A stretch of DNA of 64,000 nucleotides, taken from positions 26,745,233 to 26,809,232 of the forward strand of contig OZ316892.1 in assembly GCA_973895155.1 (NCBI GenBank), read 5' to 3'. The translations under genes and the position numbers were made by a program. This DNA comes from Marsupella aquatica. Lineage: Eukaryota; Plantae; Marchantiophyta. Of this stretch, positions 12,830 through 24,414 are shown piece after piece. The notes under the pieces were generated by a model. It was not told where the DNA came from and ran no database searches. It was given only the letters and a program-made list of their open reading frames with translations. Position 1 is the first letter of the stretch, and every line of letters begins with the position of its first letter.

Positions 12830-15800
12830 CTACTTGTGATGCAATTGCAAAACCTGCAATACGTCACGGTGTCTAGAGAAACTCTCCAAAGGAATCACTT
12901 TGGTAAATGCGTCAGCCGGGTTGAGTTTACCATCAATCTTGACTAGCTCAAACAAATTATCAGACACAGCCTGCCTGATAAAATGGTACCTGACGTCAAT
13001 GTGCTTCACTCTGCTGTCCATCACCTGGTTCACAGCAAGGTGGAGCGCACTTTGACTATCACAATGGAGCTTCACATTCCCCTGTGGCAATCCCATTTCA
13101 GTGATAAGTCTATCCAACCAAATCGCTTCCTTTGCTGCTTCCGCAGCTGCAACATACTCCGCTTCTGTAGTAGACTGAGCAATACACTTCTGCAAAGTAG
13201 ACCTCCAACTTATGCATCCACCGCCAAGTGTGAACACGTATCCTGTTGTTGATCTCCTTTGGTCCAAATCTTGTCCATAGTCAGAATCTACATAGCCAAT
13301 CAATGATCTAGCATTCTTTGCATTCGCATCAAATAAAAGACCATGATCCACGGTACCCTTCAAGTACCTGATAATCCACTTCACTGCTTCCCAGTGTACC
13401 TTCCCTGGATTCGACATGTACCTGCTCACCTTGCCCATAGCCATGGCAAGATCAGGTCTAGTGCAAGTCATCAAATACATGAGACTCCCCACTGCCTTGT
13501 CATATGGAACCTTTGACATCAACCCCTTCTCTGTGTCATCCGTAGGACAGAACGCTGATGATAACTTGAAGTGTGGAGCCAACGGGGTACTTACTGGCTT
13601 GCTATTCTCCATGTTGAACCTTGCAATTACCTTCCTCGCATAACTGCTTTGCGTCAACCATAGCTTGCCAGCCTCCAAGTCCCTAGTGATCTCCATACCC
13701 AAAATCCTCTTAGCTGGCCCTAAGTCCTTCATCTTAAACTCTGCACTAAGCAGTGCCTTGAGCTTAACAATCTCAGACCTATCCTTGGCTGCAATTAGCA
13801 TGTCATCCACATAAAGTACTAAAACAATGAACCCAAAGACAACATTCTTCACCGGTTTCAAATACACACAAGGGTCAAATACACTTCTGTGAAAACCTTG
13901 TGACCGAATCCAATCGTCAAACCGCTTGTTCCACTGTCTTGGTGACTGCTTCAACCCATACAAGGATTTCAGCAATCTGCAAACCAATTCCTCATGTCCT
14001 CTCTTCACAAAACCTAGCGGTTGTCTCATGAAGATCACCTCTTCCAATGTGCCATAGAGGAAAGCTATGACAACATCCATCTGATCTAGGAGCAGACCAA
14101 ACATTACAACAAGTACACACAATAGTCGTATTGTAGAGTACTTAGCAACTGGTGAGAAGACCTCATTGTAATCCACACCTTTCTCTTGTGTGAATCCCTT
14201 TGCTACCAATCTAGCCTTGTAGACCTTCGATCCACCTCCTATGGAATTATCCTTCAGCTTGTAAATCCACTTGCTGTCCACCACTTGCTGACCCTTAGGC
14301 AGCTTAACAAGCTCCCAAGTTTTGTTGTCCTTTAGTGACTGCATCTCCGTTTGCATTGCTGCAGTCCACTTCTGCTTCTCTTTTGAAGCACTTGCCTCAT
14401 GAAATGAAGAAGGTTCTCCTTCTTCCAAAATTAACGCATCACCCTCATCATCAGCTGTAAAATCATCCTCTTGCAGTTGAGATGAATCAACCCACTGTCC
14501 ATACCTTGATGGAGCGCGTACAGTGCGACCAGATGTTCTTCTAGCCGATGACTCCGGTTGATCTGCGTGTGCTGGTACAATTTGAAGCTCAACAGCATCC
14601 ACTTGTTGCTCACCAGCATCAACAAACTCCTCTGGTTCCTCTGGCACAGGAACCAGCTCCATAATTGGAGCAACTCCTTCTCTCCGGTCATGCACCTCAT
14701 AACCAATCTCCCCCTCAACGAGATCCGGGATAGGAGATTTTCCTTTGTCAGTACGGGAGACCTGAGTATTCTCCCCCTCCTTCAATAATCTGGATTCATT
14801 GAAGGAAACATCCCTACTGACAACGAGCTTACAGGCAATAGGATCCCATAGCCTATAGGTTTTCACACCACTCTGGTACCCAAGAAAAACACATTTCCTG
14901 GAGGTAGGATCCAACTTGGTCCTATTCTGCTTTGGTGTGAGAGCATATGCATCACTTCCAAAAATTACCAAGCCATGATAGTCTGCTTGCCGCTTATAGC
15001 GCATCTCAAACGGCGTTTTGAAATTGATAGCACTAGAAGGAGAAAGATTTACCAAATAAGCTGCGGTATTGACAGCTTCTGCCCAAAATTCTTGTGGTAA
15101 ACTTGATTGGCTCAACATACTCCGTGACCGCTCCAACAGTGTCCGATTGAGCCTCTCAGCGACACCATTCTGCTGCGGAGTATAAACTGTGGTGAGATGG
15201 CGAGTTATCCCCTGTTCTGAACAGTACTCTTCAAATTCCATTGAAGTGTACTCCCCGCCGTTGTCTGACCTCAGACTCTTCACCCTTGTATCCAAACACT
15301 TGATCGTGTTTCCAGTCTGATTCTCCACCTGGGCCTTCCACTTCTTAAAAATGGACAAGACATCAGACTTATGCGTCATGAAATAAATCCACACAAATCT
15401 TGAGTAATCATCAATAAATGATACATAGTACAACTTTCCAGAGTGTGAGGGAGTCGGGGATGGACCCCACACGTCACTATGTATGTACTCAAGAACCGCT
15501 TTGGAACGATGAGTTCCAACACCAAAAGCACGACGATGCTGCTTTCCAAGAATGCAATGCTCACAAAACTCTAATTTACAAGATTGCAAATCAGAAATGA
15601 GTCCATTCTTCCGTAAGATAGCCAAACCCTTCTCACTCATGTGGCCTAGCCGTGAATGCCACAGTTGAGTCATCTCCTCGTGAGACTTGGTTACATTGGC
15701 CTCTCCACATACAGTATTGCCCTGTAACACATACAAATTCTTTTGTCTACTCCCTTTCAAAATCACTATCTCTCCCGACCTGACTTGAAGTTCACCATCA

Positions 15801-16102
15801 ATAACGCTCCATTGATGACCATTTGAATCCAACACACCGAGTGAAATCAGATTCTTACGCATGCCAGGTACATACCTGACTCCGGACACTATGCGCACAG
15901 CGCCATCAAACATTTGAATCTTCACAGACCCAATTCCCTCAATTTGACAGGAGTGATCATTTCCCATCAGAACTGAACCGTTTGAAACAGAGTAAGAACT
16001 GAAAAACTCACGAATGTAACAAATATGAAAAGAGCAAGCACAATCAAGAATCCACACATCATCTGCTCTCCTAGATGACGTGCACAGGGCATACCCCCGG
16101 CT
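12830..16102 (-). CDS. pol: copia Pol polyprotein (protease, GAG-pre-integrase, integrase, RT, RNase H)
   Basis: Frame is open from just after the gag TGA to 12830. Motifs: WILDCACSFH (PR), LWHSRLGH...CEHC, HSDVWGP/FIDDYSR/SDNGGEY/QQNGVAER (INT), KARLVAKGF/YVDDML (RT), GYVDSD/STTEAEY/KHIDVRYHF (RH). Confidence 0.95.
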   Translation of the reverse strand, partial: SRGYALCTSSRRADDVWILDCACSFHICYIREFFSSYSVSNGSVLMGNDHSCQIEGIGSVKIQMFDGAVRIVSGVRYVPGMRKNLISLGVLDSNGHQWSVIDGELQVRSGEIVILKGSRQKNLYVLQGNTVCGEANVTKSHEEMTQLWHSRLGHMSEKGLAILRKNGLISDLQSCKLEFCEHCILGKQHRRAFGVGTHRSKAVLEYIHSDVWGPSPTPSHSGKLYYVSFIDDYSRFVWIYFMTHKSDVLSIFKKWKAQVENQTGNTIKCLDTRVKSLRSDNGGEYTSMEFEEYCSEQGITRHLTTVYTPQQNGVAERLNRTLLERSRSMLSQSSLPQEFWAEAVNTAAYLVNLSPSSAINFKTPFEMRYKRQADYHGLVIFGSDAYALTPKQNRTKLDPTSRKCVFLGYQSGVKTYRLWDPIACKLVVSRDVSFNESRLLKEGENTQVSRTDKGKSPIPDLVEGEIGYEVHDRREGVAPIMELVPVPEEPEEFVDAGEQQVDAVELQIVPAHADQPESSARRTSGRTVRAPSRYGQWVDSSQLQEDDFTADDEGDALILEEGEPSSFHEASASKEKQKWTAAMQTEMQSLKDNKTWELVKLPKGQQVVDSKWIYKLKDNSIGGGSKVYKARLVAKGFTQEKGVDYNEVFSPVAKYSTIRLLCVLVVMFGLLLDQMDVVIAFLYGTLEEVIFMRQPLGFVKRGHEELVCRLLKSLYGLKQSPRQWNKRFDDWIRSQGFHRSVFDPCVYLKPVKNVVFGFIVLVLYVDDMLIAAKDRSEIVKLKALLSAEFKMKDLGPAKRILGMEITRDLEAGKLWLTQSSYARKVIARFNMENSKPVSTPLAPHFKLSSAFCPTDDTEKGLMSKVPYDKAVGSLMYLMTCTRPDLAMAMGKVSRYMSNPGKVHWEAVKWIIRYLKGTVDHGLLFDANAKNARSLIGYVDSDYGQDLDQRRSTTGYVFTLGGGCISWRSTLQKCIAQSTTEAEYVAAAEAAKEAIWLDRLITEMGLPQGNVKLHCDSQSALHLAVNQVMDSRVKHIDVRYHFIRQAVSDNLFELVKIDGKLNPADAFTKVIPLESFSRHRDVLQVLQLHHK

Positions 16103-17137
16103 TCATAAAACATACTCATCATTGAGTAAATCAGCTTCTCCATCAGCCCTAGCCACATTTGCCGATGAAGTTTCCGCTGCCTTTCCCTTACAGTCTCGCT
16201 TGAAGTGTCCAACTTGGTTGCACTTCCAACATGTCACCTGCCTCCTCTGAGGGGATTTACCCTTGGACTTAGATCTGGATTTAGATCTAAACTGGGTTCT
16301 ACGGTCCCCAGTTGGTCGCTGCATACTCCTCCCACGGTTAACATTGAGGGCAGCACCAGATGATGAAGGCTGTGACGTGATGTGCATCTTCTGCTGAAGA
16401 TCATCACTAAGCAGAGAACTTACCACGTCATTGTATGAAATGGTATCCCTATCACGATGCAACAACACTCGTGATAGGGACTGGTAAGATGGAGGCAATG
16501 AACTAAGAAGCTGCAGAGCCTTCGTCTCATCATTCAAAGTCTCCCCAAGGTTTTCCAAGTCAACGACCATGTCGTTGAAAGCATCCACATGGTCTTGCAA
16601 CTTCGTACCAGATTCCTTCATCCTGAAACTCATCAGTTTGTAGGAAGTGTAGAGCCGGTTCGACAACTCCTTGCGGTGATACTTGCTCTGCAATTCCGCA
16701 AACAAGGACATGCAATCCTTATGTGCACCTAACTGCTTGATGATGGGAGGCATGAGATAGAGTGTAACACACCACACTCCCTGCTCCTGCATGCGGTCCC
16801 ATTGTTTCTCATCAACATCGTCTTCACGAGGGCTCAGCAGTTGGCCCATCCCTGACGCATAAAGCACTCCCTTCACCTGCTTCTCCCATAGCAAGTAGTC
16901 AGAGCGCCCATCATACTTTGTCACTTCATACTTGGGTCCCCCAAGCTTGAAAGTCCCCATCTTCTTCTTTACCGTGAGCTCCGGTAGTAGTACTGCTTCC
17001 TCCACCACACGCCGCACCGGTGATGGTATCGGTGTCACGTGCTCTTCCTCCTGCTCCTCTCTCTGCCCCTGAAACCTCCACGGTGATCCTCGTGCTTCAA
17101 GTTCCACGTCTTCGAAAAACTCCTCCGAATCACTCAT
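16103..17137 (-). CDS. gag: copia Gag (capsid plus CCHC nucleocapsid zinc knuckle)
   Basis: 344-aa ORF with KYDGRSDYLLW, LLSSLPPSY and CWKCNQVGHFKRDC, ending at TGA 16105-16103. Confidence 0.93.
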   Translation of the reverse strand: MSDSEEFFEDVELEARGSPWRFQGQREEQEEEHVTPIPSPVRRVVEEAVLLPELTVKKKMGTFKLGGPKYEVTKYDGRSDYLLWEKQVKGVLYASGMGQLLSPREDDVDEKQWDRMQEQGVWCVTLYLMPPIIKQLGAHKDCMSLFAELQSKYHRKELSNRLYTSYKLMSFRMKESGTKLQDHVDAFNDMVVDLENLGETLNDETKALQLLSSLPPSYQSLSRVLLHRDRDTISYNDVVSSLLSDDLQQKMHITSQPSSSGAALNVNRGRSMQRPTGDRRTQFRSKSRSKSKGKSPQRRQVTCWKCNQVGHFKRDCKGKAAETSSANVARADGEADLLNDEYVL

Positions 17138-17829
17138 ATGAGAAAGTCACAAAAAATGTTGTTTTTCACAACTTCTCAAAAAACTCGAAACTCAACACCG
17201 CCGCGTAGCCCACAAAGCTAGGAGTCCAATACTGAAAACCAAAATCAAAATTGAAATTTGACGGAAAAGTTATTCAAATTTCGGTCGAGGTGGGTAAAAC
17301 CTTGGGAAACTCCCCCGTTTTGACCACCTCAGGGAATAACCGAAATACCAAGTACAACCCGTTGTCGGAATTGCGATGTGATTGGTGCGCTGCATTGCCA
17401 ACTTCAATGGCTACGACCTCACTTGTCAACAACGAATGTTGATCAATTGCACTTGGTGCCGTCACCAAGTCCAACAAGGTAATTGATTTTGCTTAGCCTT
17501 CCTCTTTGCATCAAAGAGCCAATCCCGGACTCAAAAACAATCGTCTTGCCTCAATCTCTCCGTTGAGTCAAAACACTTGACGCTTCTCCCTCCGAGTCGA
17601 TTGCCAACTTTCTTCACAAAATCCAGAACGACGAAAACTTAGATCTCTCTGCACCACGAGCTCCGTTCAACGATTTCTTCACACCGTTAGAAAGCTCTTG
17701 CCCTGATCTATCCGTTGAGCCCATAAACTCCAAGTTCCATGCGATGGAACTCTGGAAAATCCACCAACACTCAACGCTGGAAAAACCGTCATGAAATCCC
17801 GTCACGAACACACGTCACCTCCCAAGCAT

Positions 17830-17841
17830 GCTCTGATACCA
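17830..17841 (-). other. primer binding site complementary to tRNA-iMet
   Basis: Minus strand TGGTATCAGAGC, 2 nt inside the 5' LTR boundary. Confidence 0.95.
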
Positions 17842-17843
17842 AT

Positions 17844-18300
17844 TGTTGAGCATAGACGACGATCGCAACGGCAAGCCCATGAACCATCCAACGCACAATA
17901 GTCGACACAAGAGATACGTGGTTCACCTCCTTGAGGCTACGTCCACGGGAACACACAAGAGAGCTTTACTGAACTCTAAGCCCATCGGCTATACCGAGTC
18001 TCCACAGTGTAAGCTCTCCCTATCTCTCAAGTGGCTCCATAACAATGAGCCTTGGTTCTACCTCTCCAAGCACACATGCCTCTTATGATATAGTGTGCAA
18101 CTTAGTTGTACCTAACCACATAGTTGTACCTAATCACGTAGTTGTACCTAACCACATAGTTGTACCTAATCACGTAGTTGTACCTAACCACATAGTTGTA
18201 CCTAATCACGTAGTTGTACCTAACCACGTAGTTGTACCAACCCACGTTGTTGTACCAACCACGTCATACCTAACCTAGACGTAAGAGTAAATACCCAACA
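17844..18300 (-). repeat. 5' LTR of copia element
   Basis: 457 bp with TG...CA ends, adjacent to the primer binding site. Confidence 0.97.
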
Positions 18301-20260
18301 TGGGTGTGGCTACCATGGATTTAAGTCTTTTGGTGTTGCTTGAGGCTGGATGGGGTGCTCAGGTCTCAGTGAGGCTCTTCCAGCCATGCCCAGGTCCATG
18401 CCACCTGGTGCTCTTGTTTTCCTTTGGTTTGGGCAACTTTGACCTCTTTTCCCCTCACAGAGTGCTGATTTGCCTTCTAATGCGTGCTGCTTCCCCCCAT
18501 TCAGGAGTTCTGCTGCTCCAGCTACAGTAGTTAAATTTCTAGTTTAGCTTCCTTTTTTGGATGTGCTTCTGTCCTGGTTCCGGCCTCTCTGGCCTTTTCA
18601 GCACTTCCACCTTTGGTTCACCTGGGTGAGGACCCCATTTGTGGGCCACCCCTGTTGTATGCTGGTTTTTTTAAATGAATTTCAGGAAAAAGCAAAACAA
18701 TCAAAACAATCTGGTATTAATTATCTGAACCACGCTGCCCTAGGATACAGGTTTGTACCACTTTTGAGATCCGACAGCTGATTCACTTAGTTCAATCCAT
18801 GAGAAAAAATGGTGAGGCAGTCAGACTTCCAACATGCTAGATAAGACCGGTTTGACTTTCAAGAGGTGGGTGCAATCTTGCACTGGGCCCTTAATTTATG
18901 TCATTTTATCAAGGGGTTCAGTATTGGATCCAATCACATACTGTAATTGACCAAGTATACACTTACTATGAGACATGCAAGACAAATGCAGAAGGGATGC
19001 CAGTTGGAGGAAAAGAGCTTGGAGGGGAGAGGCCAATTCAACACCCTTTGCTGACACAAAAGTGTGTTGCATCTAGGCCAACTAAGGGAAGGGAAGACTG
19101 GGGAGGGGAAGGGAGAAGTAGGGAGTCTCGTCCTACCAATGAAAAGTCAGAGTATATATAGCATGGGACCTCTACCCGTCTTCTTGCTAAAATAGTATTA
19201 AGTTGATGCTCAAATGGACCACAAAATATTTTTCTCAGGATTCCATATATAGACAGCCTAAGCACTTTTTAACACCCAAAATATTTTGCATTTGTACAAA
19301 GAAGGTGCTTTGTCGGTGAAAATATATAGTAAAGTTGGTCCATGCAGGTTGCAACATTCCACTGCTATATATTTCAAGCATCTTGTCAACTTTAATTGTG
19401 GTTTATGGGAGCTATGACCATCTTCCACAGCGCCATGGCCTTGTGTTTGAAAGTGGAACTTTTGGGTCACCTAACCAAAAACAAAATGAACGGAAAAACA
19501 CAATATCTATTTGACACAACACCCAGGCGTTGTGTTTGCATTGGACGATGTGATTTAATCAGTTTTGACCCTAAGCTGTTCTATGTTGAGTACACTAGAT
19601 ACAAATTATGAATGATATGGTACCTCCAATTAAGATTTGAACACAAAGTCAAAATTTGACCACAACGCTGACTTTCAACCACAATGCCCTGCAAGTGCAA
19701 AAAATGAAAACAGAGTCAATACTTGGATTCAACACCCAGGCGCACAGGATTTGATAGGGTTGCTCCAACTTTAAACAATCTCCCCCATAAGGTAATTGAA
19801 AGCTTTAATTCAAGACTAGCCTATCTAGATAAATATAAAAACGTACAGATATTCTTTAAGGTCCCTAAAAGGGTGAAGATTCCCCCCCCCCCCCCAAAAC
19901 AAAAAAAGGTAAAAAAATGTGTGTGGTAGTGTTTCCCTAAAGGGTTCCCATGTTGAGAAGAATTTTAATCAACAGTTCCTTTTAAGAGTTTGAATGTATT
20001 TTTCAGTAACCCCTTTAAGCAAGAATAAATTAGTTTGGGTGATTCGGTATTTGTGCCTATTCTATCCCCACATGCCTTTTTACCTAGTAGACAACTGTTG
20101 AGCTTCTAAAGTATTTTGAATCCCTCTGAAAAAATGGTCCATCTTTTCTCACAATGACTTCGGTTGGCAACACTAAGTTACTCAAAACCATAAACTTAGT
20201 AAACATAACTCTGAGTTTTAGTTAATAATTTGGTCTGGCTGCCTGGGTGGCTGTTCTTTC

Positions 20261-21560
20261 CCTAAGGTGAGGTTTTTCATGTGGTATCCTTTGCCCGATC
20301 CTTTGAATCATGGTTTCTTTACCTACGTCAGGGCGAGCCACAAGTGTGAGTGATCATGGCATTTGTGCTAGGTGCAAAAACCAGTTTGAGCACACTGAGC
20401 ACATGTTCTTCAGCTACAGATCCATCGCCACCAGATGGAATGAGATGCAAAGATTGCTGTCACATACTACCGCTTTGAAGCCTCGGGGGGTTTCACTTCC
20501 ACAAAAATGGCACATCACGTGCGATGAAGGATAAGTTCATTTTATTGGTTTGAAGGGAAGACTTAAGAATTTTTGTAGAAGAACAATAGGGTCTTTTAAA
20601 TTCAATTTTGAGACTTATAAGAATATTAGGGTCTTTCTAACCAAAATTTTGGAATATTCCAACTTTATAGGGGTTAAATTTTTTTTAAAAATTCTTACAT
20701 TTTAGGGGGTTTGAGGCCTAAAAATGTAGTAGGGGATGGGGAGGCATCCATATAGTGAGACCCCCGAGTTTGAAGCTACCGGAAGGTTCCCTTTATGAAG
20801 CTATTGTTGCTGCCACTCAGGTGCACAAGAGGAAACTAGGCCCGATGGTTCTGATCGTGGAGATTTGCTCCAGTATTTGGAATGAGAGAAATGCCAGAGC
20901 CATGTTTTCTCAATTTCTGAGGTGCCTTCCCGGTTGGGTTGTTTTACGTCAAACTGAAACCCATCTCCAAACTAGGATTGACATATTAATGTCATTCTGA
21001 GAGAAAAAGGAAACAACTTGCGGTCAACCAACTCCAGGTTGTTCTGACTTAAGCCTTGGGAGAGAATTGACAGCCCTCTTGCCTTGAATATTGATGATGT
21101 AGATGGTGCGCTGACAAGCATCCCAGCACTGTGAGGTGGAACGACCCTCGGAACGACCCTAAACAGGACAGAAGTATTGCCCACAACACTAAGGACCTTA
21201 ATCATGGGAGTAGCTCTTATGACCTTAAGAGTTAGGAACAACCTAGTTGTAGCAACAGGAACCACACAGCTAGAGTAGGATGTTTATGTCAGATTTTTCT
21301 ATACAGCACAGTGATCATTTGGTTTTACGCTGCTTGGTAGAAGTAAGGAAAAAGACTGTTTGGAACACCAACCGGGTCACCATACGGTGGTTTCTTAGGG
21401 CTTCTTGGCCTGACTAGTGGGTTTGTGTGTTTTTCCTGTGGTTCTTTGGCCCTCGGGTGCATGGGTCTTGTTTTGTATCTTTTGCTTGGGTGGCCTTTGG
21501 CCCCTTTCCTGGTATTGATGGGTGTTTGCGCCCCTTTTCCCAAAACCAATAAAAAGTTAT
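20261..21560 (+). mobile_element. 5'-truncated, decayed L1/Tx1-type LINE (zf-RVT C-terminus and 3' tail)
   Basis: PKVRFFMW at 20261, GICARCKNQFEHTEHMFF (zf-RVT-like), and SSIWNERNAR after the MITE. A T-rich tail ends in AATAAAAA at ~21548-21556. The 3' boundary is approximate. Confidence 0.7.
20482..20768. mobile_element. 287-bp MITE with 8-bp target-site duplication (hAT-like by duplication length), nested in the LINE
   Basis: Terminal inverted repeats CTCGGGGGGTTTCACT and AGTGAGACCCCCGAG. Perfect TTTGAAGC duplication at 20474-20481 and 20769-20776. AT-rich interior. Confidence 0.88.
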
Positions 21561-22449
21561 TAGGGGGGGGGGGGGAGGTGAGATATTTGTTTCTTACAAC
21601 TCTTGGATTCCATGCACTTTGGAGAATAGATAGCTTCAGGTCTCGATATCTATGACCCGATCTATGATGTATGAAGAATCAATTTAATATAACTTGAATA
21701 AGGATAAAACAATATCTTGTAATAAAGGATGGGAAAGATTGAAAATAGACCTAGAGGGGGGGGGGGGGGTCTCACAATAGAAAGAGGGGTGTAAATTTCA
21801 AAGTCCAAAATGAAGAGGGTACACGTACCTCAAGTGTCTAAAATAAATCTAAACAAAAGACATGTCAAGAATTTTAATAAGACAAAGTAACCTGAGTAGG
21901 CTCCCGAACAAGGTAACACCAGATTTGAATACATCACCCAAGACCCACTACCTGAATGCTGCTGGATTATGGGGAAGACGGAAGCCTTGAGTTTTGCTTC
22001 TTACCCTTTATATGAGCTATAGAAATATACATGTTCACTATGCTGACATGACTTGAAACTACATGCCACTGTCCACTGAGCTGTAGGTGGACAAAATAGT
22101 CACTTTCCCTTCCAGACCATTTTGTGTTGCATTTGTTTTTACTCCCTCAAGAACATTATTGACTAATTATGGTGCGAGTTATGGTGACCTGGATCCTCAA
22201 TTTGATAATCACTTTCCCTTCCATTTTTTCCTGGCATTTTTTTCACTGTCAAGAAAATCATTGTCTAATTATTGTGACCTGGTCCACGGTTTGAAAATAC
22301 ACATTGCAGTTTCAAGTAAAAACAGGGTTGACTGTGGATATCTGTGCTCTTTTAACTAAAGTAAAATGACATGCTTTTAAAGTTCTTATTGCGGGCATTT
22401 TAGTAGTGGCCTACTCTGAGACCTTTGCTATGCACTAGACTACGACTTA

Positions 22450-23600
22450 GGAGAAAGGCAAGAAGGCGAACGTACTCCACCTGACTCAACATCTAGAGCT
22501 GAAAGACGCTGTCAAAGGCATAAAGTTAGTCCATCCAGTAATGCGTTGACTCCACCGATCAGGTTTCTAGTGAATGACTGATTAATAATATTTCCTGCAG
22601 CCGACACCAGCACTGGCCTTTAATTTGGAACTGGGACAGATTCAATCGCAACTATTCATGACTCTGTGGAGCCCATAACTTTGTGCTCTCATCAGTCTCT
22701 TGTCTTGACGTTGGGGCCGAGCAGAATGTAGCTGGCTAATAAATCTCGGTCATCTTTTCCAGTTTCTTGTGTATTGTGAAGCAGACCAAAGCGCTATTGG
22801 TCACTTCATAGTTATGTCTTTAATTTGCAATTTCCTGATTTCCTTGTCTTCCCGGGAATCATGGACAGTGGTCAATCTTTGCATGGATGTACTGGATGTG
22901 ATTTCTCCCGATGGACTTTTGGGTTCTTCGTGGATTTCGTGGAATAATCTTGACTAATTTCCTGATTTCTTTGTCTACCCGGGAATCATGGACAGTAGTC
23001 AATCTTTGTATGGATGTACTGGATGTGATTTCTCCCGATGGACTTTTGGGTTCTTCGTGGATTTCGTGGAATAATCTTGACTCTGTTCTCAGTTTTCATA
23101 ACGACATTGTAATGTATTTAGTCAGAAATTGGTATAGATCTCTGAACGAAGTAGTTCACTTTTTGATCAGTTGAATGATAATGTTTTGCTTTAGTCTGTG
23201 GAGATTGTGAGTCAGCGTATATTCCTTAGCACGTACGCAAATTCAGAGTTTCTGAAGCATACTGGTGTTCGAAACCAAAGCATAGCCAGTGTCCATTTCG
23301 CTGCACAGACTGGCCAGCTGGCCAGTCTGCTATCCTCGACCCTCAGCAAATTCCAGCATTTATCAACGCAGCATTCAGTGTAGCTAGAGAGAAAAAATAT
23401 TGTGTACTTACTGAAGTCTGGGCAAGCGATCTGCTTTTGCATAATAAGACAAACCAATTGTACCCTCAGTGTGTACAAAGTGAAATAAAATTCACGAACT
23501 TCCTTGTCGCTTACACTAGTTATGGGCACCACCGTATCCTTCGTATCAATCATGTCTATCGGAGCTGATATCCTGTCTACAAAGGGTTCCATCGATGATT
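22450..23600 (-). pseudogene. decayed F-box-like gene remnant with an internal 127-bp duplication
   Basis: LRVQLVCLIMQKQIACPDFSKY resembles the end of an F-box motif. Downstream frames are broken by stops. The family call is inference. Confidence 0.3.
22829..23082. repeat. 127-bp near-identical tandem duplication
   Basis: AATTTCCTGATTTC...GGAATAATCTTGACT at 22829-22955 and 22956-23082 with only a few substitutions. Confidence 0.92.
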
Positions 23601-24414
23601 CTCACGGACAAGTTGATGTAAATAACTTTACTAGCCATCCGAGACCCGCTGAAGATAATAGAATGTATTTCAGAGGGCACGCCCACTCAGCTCTTCTGTA
23701 GATTAATTATGCCTTCTTGAGAATGAGGATCGCTTATCAATCTGAGACCGTTTCAGTCAATTGCAAGACAGTGGGTGACAGGTCTAGAGGATCTACAGCT
23801 TGTTCCTTGTCATGAAATTAAATCAAAGAGTCGTTGAAATTCTAATCTAATCAAAGATAATAGTAGCCTAGTTTCCAAAATTAAGAACGAAAGACAAGAT
23901 TGAGGCTTCCCAATGTGGATCGAGCTAATCAACATTGGTAGTAGATTAACATCAACTGAAAGTCAATGTAGTCATTGGCTGGGTTGTAGAGCAGGTCAAT
24001 GGGGTAAGGCAAATCTTTGGTTTGAAACCTGCTGGTGCAATTTACTTTTAATGTACAGTCATCCATCTCACCAAAAACTAAGGGGGTTCCTCCTAAATTA
24101 AAACCTTAGGTACACAAACAGAAAAGTCAGAGATTCAAGCTTGTAGGGACCTTGTAGGGACACAAGGCCCCTACAAACATCCCAACAACAGAATGCATCT
24201 TGACGCGTCTCTCATCCTCTCAGAAATGCATTATTGGAGACCAATGACCAAAACAATAAATTGTTATAAGAAGACAGAACTAATTCTCTATTTCTCCTTG
24301 GCTTGATCTTCTTTGGCTACCATGCGAACTCTGTCATCCTTGTTGTTGTGTTTGGTAACCTCCCAACTTTGTATTGCAACACATTTTCAAGAAGATAGTA
24401 AATAATATTCTAAA

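Larger units (their letters stand above)
12182..18300 (-). mobile_element. full-length Ty1/copia LTR retrotransposon (Tnt1-like), recent insertion
   Basis: Two 457-bp TG...CA LTRs (12182-12638, 17844-18300). 5-bp target-site duplication TGGGT (12177-12181, 18301-18305). tRNA-iMet primer site and polypurine tract present. Domain order gag-PR-INT-RT-RH is diagnostic of copia. Confidence 0.98.
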
